DNA of 64,000 nt from an uncultured Clostridia bacterium (lineage in GTDB: Bacteria; Bacillota; Clostridia; TANB77; CAG-508), in NCBI GenBank assembly GCA_944393505.1, contig CALYAK010000005.1, positions 14,946 to 78,945 of the forward strand, given 5' to 3'. The notes under the pieces were generated by a model, which did no database searches, had not been told where the DNA came from, and worked only from the letters and a program-made list of their open reading frames with translations. Shown piece after piece: positions 61,035 through 64,000 of this stretch. The position numbers were made by a program, and so were the translations under genes. Numbering within the stretch: position 1 is the first letter of the stretch; each line of letters begins with the position of its first letter.

Positions 61035-62360
61035 TTATTCTTCATTTTTTTCTCTTACAATCATACGTATTGGTGTTCCTGTTAGACCAAATTCTTTTCG
61101 AATTTGATTCATTAAATATCGTTCATAGGAAAAATGGAATAATTTTTTATCATTTACAAACACAACAAAAGTTGGTGGTTTGGTTGAAGCTTGTGTTATA
61201 TAGAAAATTTTTAATCTTCTTCCTTTGTCCGTTGGCGGTTGAACAATGGCAATTGCTTCATTTAATACTTGATTTAGCATTGCTGTTGAAACACGCATTG
61301 CATTCTGACTGGCTACTTGATTAATCAATTCAAATAGCTTTTGCACTCTTTGTCCAGTTTTCGCTGATAAGAAAAGAATTGGTGCATAGGATAAATAGGA
61401 TAACTTCTCGTAAACCTCTTTCGTATAGTTTTCCAAAGTTCCATTTTGTTTTTCATAAGCATCCCATTTATTTACAACAATAATGACACCTTTTCCTGCC
61501 TCGTGTGCTTCACCTGCAATTTTGGTATCTTGCTCGGTTACTCCTTCGAGTGCATCAATCATTAAGACGCAGACATCTGCTCTTTCGATCGCTAAAAGCG
61601 TTCGTGAAATACTATATTTTTCAATATTTTCGGTTACTTTGCTCTTTCTACGAATTCCAGCTGTATCGATCAAAACATATTTCCCGTATTCGTTTTCAAA
61701 TTCAGAATCAATCGCATCCCTTGTTGTTCCTGCTATATCACTGACAATCATACGATTTTCTCCTAAGATATAGTTCACTAGACTGGATTTTCCAACATTC
61801 GGTTTTCCGATTAAAGCAACTTTAATCACTTCTCCATCCTCTTCGGATGCGTCGTCTTCTGGAAGAGCTTCATAGATAGCATCTAATACATCTCCCATTC
61901 CTTTTGCATTCACTGCAGAAATGGCATGGGGATCTCCTAAACCTAAATGATAGAATTCATAAAGTTCTTCTGGTTCACTTGTTCCAAATTTGTCGGCTTT
62001 ATTACAAACAAGAATAATTGGTTTTTGTGATCTTCTTAGCATATTCGCAATATCTTGATCTGCTGCCGTTACTCCTTGTTTGATATCTGTCATAAAAACG
62101 ATGACATCTGCAAGTTCAATTGCCATATCTGCTTGCTGTTTCATTTGTTCTAATATCGTATCATCGGATTTTGGTTCGATTCCACCGGTATCAATTAAAT
62201 TGAAGGTTCGATCTCTCCAGGTCGCTTCTGCATAGATACGATCTCTTGTTACACCTGGTGTATCTTCTACAATTGCAATTCTTTTTCCAATGATATAGTT
62301 AAAAAATGTAGATTTTCCGACATTTGGTCTTCCTATGATAGCAACTGATTTTTTGCTCAT
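61035..62360 (-). CDS. der: Ribosome biogenesis GTPase Der (EngA)
   Basis: 441 aa. Two G domains (GRPNVGKST, GKPNVGKSS) and a KH-like C-terminus. Confidence 0.96.
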   Translation of the reverse strand: MSKKSVAIIGRPNVGKSTFFNYIIGKRIAIVEDTPGVTRDRIYAEATWRDRTFNLIDTGGIEPKSDDTILEQMKQQADMAIELADVIVFMTDIKQGVTAADQDIANMLRRSQKPIILVCNKADKFGTSEPEELYEFYHLGLGDPHAISAVNAKGMGDVLDAIYEALPEDDASEEDGEVIKVALIGKPNVGKSSLVNYILGENRMIVSDIAGTTRDAIDSEFENEYGKYVLIDTAGIRRKSKVTENIEKYSISRTLLAIERADVCVLMIDALEGVTEQDTKIAGEAHEAGKGVIIVVNKWDAYEKQNGTLENYTKEVYEKLSYLSYAPILFLSAKTGQRVQKLFELINQVASQNAMRVSTAMLNQVLNEAIAIVQPPTDKGRRLKIFYITQASTKPPTFVVFVNDKKLFHFSYERYLMNQIRKEFGLTGTPIRMIVREKNEE

Positions 62361-62402
62361 TTTCTCACCTCTTTGATATTTTATCCGATTCCCTGAATTT
62401 AG

Positions 62403-64000
62403 TCAAATTTTTGTCTGTTTTTCTTTTAAAACTTTTTTCTTTGTAAACAACCAATAACCGACTAGAGCAACAAAGGAAATTACACTTACTCCATAAGAAA
62501 TTTTCATACCAGCTGTTCCAGGATAGGAAACTTCTAAAAGATAAGTCTCTTCTTGGTTTAAATTGCTTAGATTAATGGATAAAAATCCATTCTCCGATTC
62601 TTGAACCAAAACTTTTTCCCATTCTTCTTCTGCGTCTTCCTCTCCTTTTATTTTTACCTCATAACCTAGATAATAGATATATGGTAATTCTAAGGTCAGC
62701 TCTTCTGTTTCTGGTTGAAGCTCCATCTTTAAATTGGTTCCATTTTTTTCTTCTTCAATCTTTGCTGATCCCTTTAAGCAATAAGTTCGATCTTCTCTTT
62801 CGACCAGATAAGTTCGATTTTCAAAAGCCTTCGTTGGTAAATATTCAAAGCTTGCACATCCTGCATGAACTCTTCCTGTTTGTTCTGTAACTGGAAATGC
62901 AGGCCATAACATATCTTCTGTCCAACCATGTTCTTCATAATCCAGTAATCGATTGAGTGGAACTAATAGCAAAACTGCAATGATTCCATAAATGAGTACA
63001 TCTGCAATTGCAAACTTTCGGAATAAATAGGTGAATCCTATTGCTGCTGTAAAAGAAAGAAAGAATCCAATAAATTCAAGGAAGCGGAAAGTAAATTGAA
63101 TCATACAAAGAAGATCCGGTAATTTTTCAAACGGAAAAATTCTCAATGTTAAAAAGGTGCACACGATTCCTAAAATCAAGAAAAAGATAGTATGATTTTG
63201 TTCTGTTTGATTCAATTTTTCTTTATAAATGGCTCTAACTGCAAAAATACTTCCAATAATTAGTAAAAGTCCAATTTCAAAAATGCGTCCTCCATTTTGT
63301 GTAAACAGTAATTGCGAAAAACTTAGTTTATAGTAGGCAAGAACATCAACGCGAGACATTCTTCCTTCTTGAAACACCTCGTATTCCGTTCCCATTTTAT
63401 GTTCCAGTAAAGGTACCCAGAAAAATGCTGTTAATAATAGAACAATTAGTAGACTGATCCCTAATCTTAAGATCACTTTTCGGTTTATTTTTCTGCATTG
63501 TAAAATTAAATACAAAAAAGCAAAAATTGCTGTATATAGTGTAATAACTGTATGGGTTAGGAATAGTCCTACCGTTCCCACAATTAGAATAAGACTCATA
63601 GGCTTCTTTTCTTGCTCGTCTTTTTGGGAGTCTTCAAAAATCGCATAAATTCCATGAAAGACCATAGGTAAAAAGATAAAAGAAGCAAGCTCTGCGATTG
63701 CAATTCTCATATACATATCGGTTAATCGGTAGGGTAATAAGATATAAAAAATAGCAGCTAGTAAAGCCATGTTTGGCTTCTTGGTAACACGTTTGGTAAA
63801 TTCATACATCGTAAATCCAGATAGGATGGTAATAGCATAGATAAATAGCTTAATACAACCTACATAAGAAGCTCCAAAAAGTTTAAATAGAAGCGGAACA
63901 TATGCTGTCGCAATACTATAAAATAAATTCCAAGAATAGCCAAATCCATTACAAAAATTTGACATAATAACAGGGAACACTGGATTTGCCTCGATCGATT
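62403..64000 (-). CDS. Large polytopic membrane protein (glycosyltransferase-C-like / YfhO-type), N-terminus beyond the window
   Basis: The frame is open to nt 64000 (..SIEANPVFPVIMSNF..). It has many TM segments followed by a soluble C-terminal domain and a final TM helix. The family call is tentative. Confidence 0.55.
   Translation of the reverse strand, partial: SIEANPVFPVIMSNFCNGFGYSWNLFYSIATAYVPLLFKLFGASYVGCIKLFIYAITILSGFTMYEFTKRVTKKPNMALLAAIFYILLPYRLTDMYMRIAIAELASFIFLPMVFHGIYAIFEDSQKDEQEKKPMSLILIVGTVGLFLTHTVITLYTAIFAFLYLILQCRKINRKVILRLGISLLIVLLLTAFFWVPLLEHKMGTEYEVFQEGRMSRVDVLAYYKLSFSQLLFTQNGGRIFEIGLLLIIGSIFAVRAIYKEKLNQTEQNHTIFFLILGIVCTFLTLRIFPFEKLPDLLCMIQFTFRFLEFIGFFLSFTAAIGFTYLFRKFAIADVLIYGIIAVLLLVPLNRLLDYEEHGWTEDMLWPAFPVTEQTGRVHAGCASFEYLPTKAFENRTYLVEREDRTYCLKGSAKIEEEKNGTNLKMELQPETEELTLELPYIYYLGYEVKIKGEEDAEEEWEKVLVQESENGFLSINLSNLNQEETYLLEVSYPGTAGMKISYGVSVISFVALVGYWLFTKKKVLKEKQTKI

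Overview
This is a low-GC Firmicute chromosome segment. It is probably from a spore-forming Clostridia-type organism: it has a class-A RNase P RNA, yabP-yabQ-divIC, a ytvI-like gene and spoVFB/dpaB. Most of the window is housekeeping: uvrB, uvrA, murD, secA, prfB (with the classical programmed +1 frameshift), aspartate kinase, rho, pta-ackA, rluD-like, rnpB, dtd, gpsA, plsY and der. Four accessory regions interrupt this backbone. (1) About 6.3 kb lies between secA and prfB, which are normally adjacent. Its first 3.9 kb is bounded by a 39-bp direct repeat that duplicates the secA 3' end. It carries two genes: a protein with an Apea-like HEPN C-terminus (Rx4H), and a GHKL ATPase fused to a Shedu/DUF4263-like PD-(D/E)xK nuclease. 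This is the best candidate here for an undescribed defence module. Beyond the distal repeat lie a 31-codon integrase stub, yccF, a GNAT gene and a LarC fragment. (2) Downstream of rho there is a RhuM-Doc fusion, a 0.9 kb AT-rich gene-less stretch, a class-II Fic gene bracketed by ~60-bp direct repeats, and a Gp37/Gp68 remnant. (3) An ~11.5 kb surface-polysaccharide locus (39.2-50.7 kb) contains three broken genes. (4) Two short GC-rich patches (12.86-13.24 kb and 54.3-54.6 kb) each carry an unrecognised ORF. I also saw a 33-bp-period triple repeat at two separate loci and an unusually high density of single-nucleotide frameshifts. All calls come from reading the ORF translations and the nucleotide sequence. 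No database search was possible.
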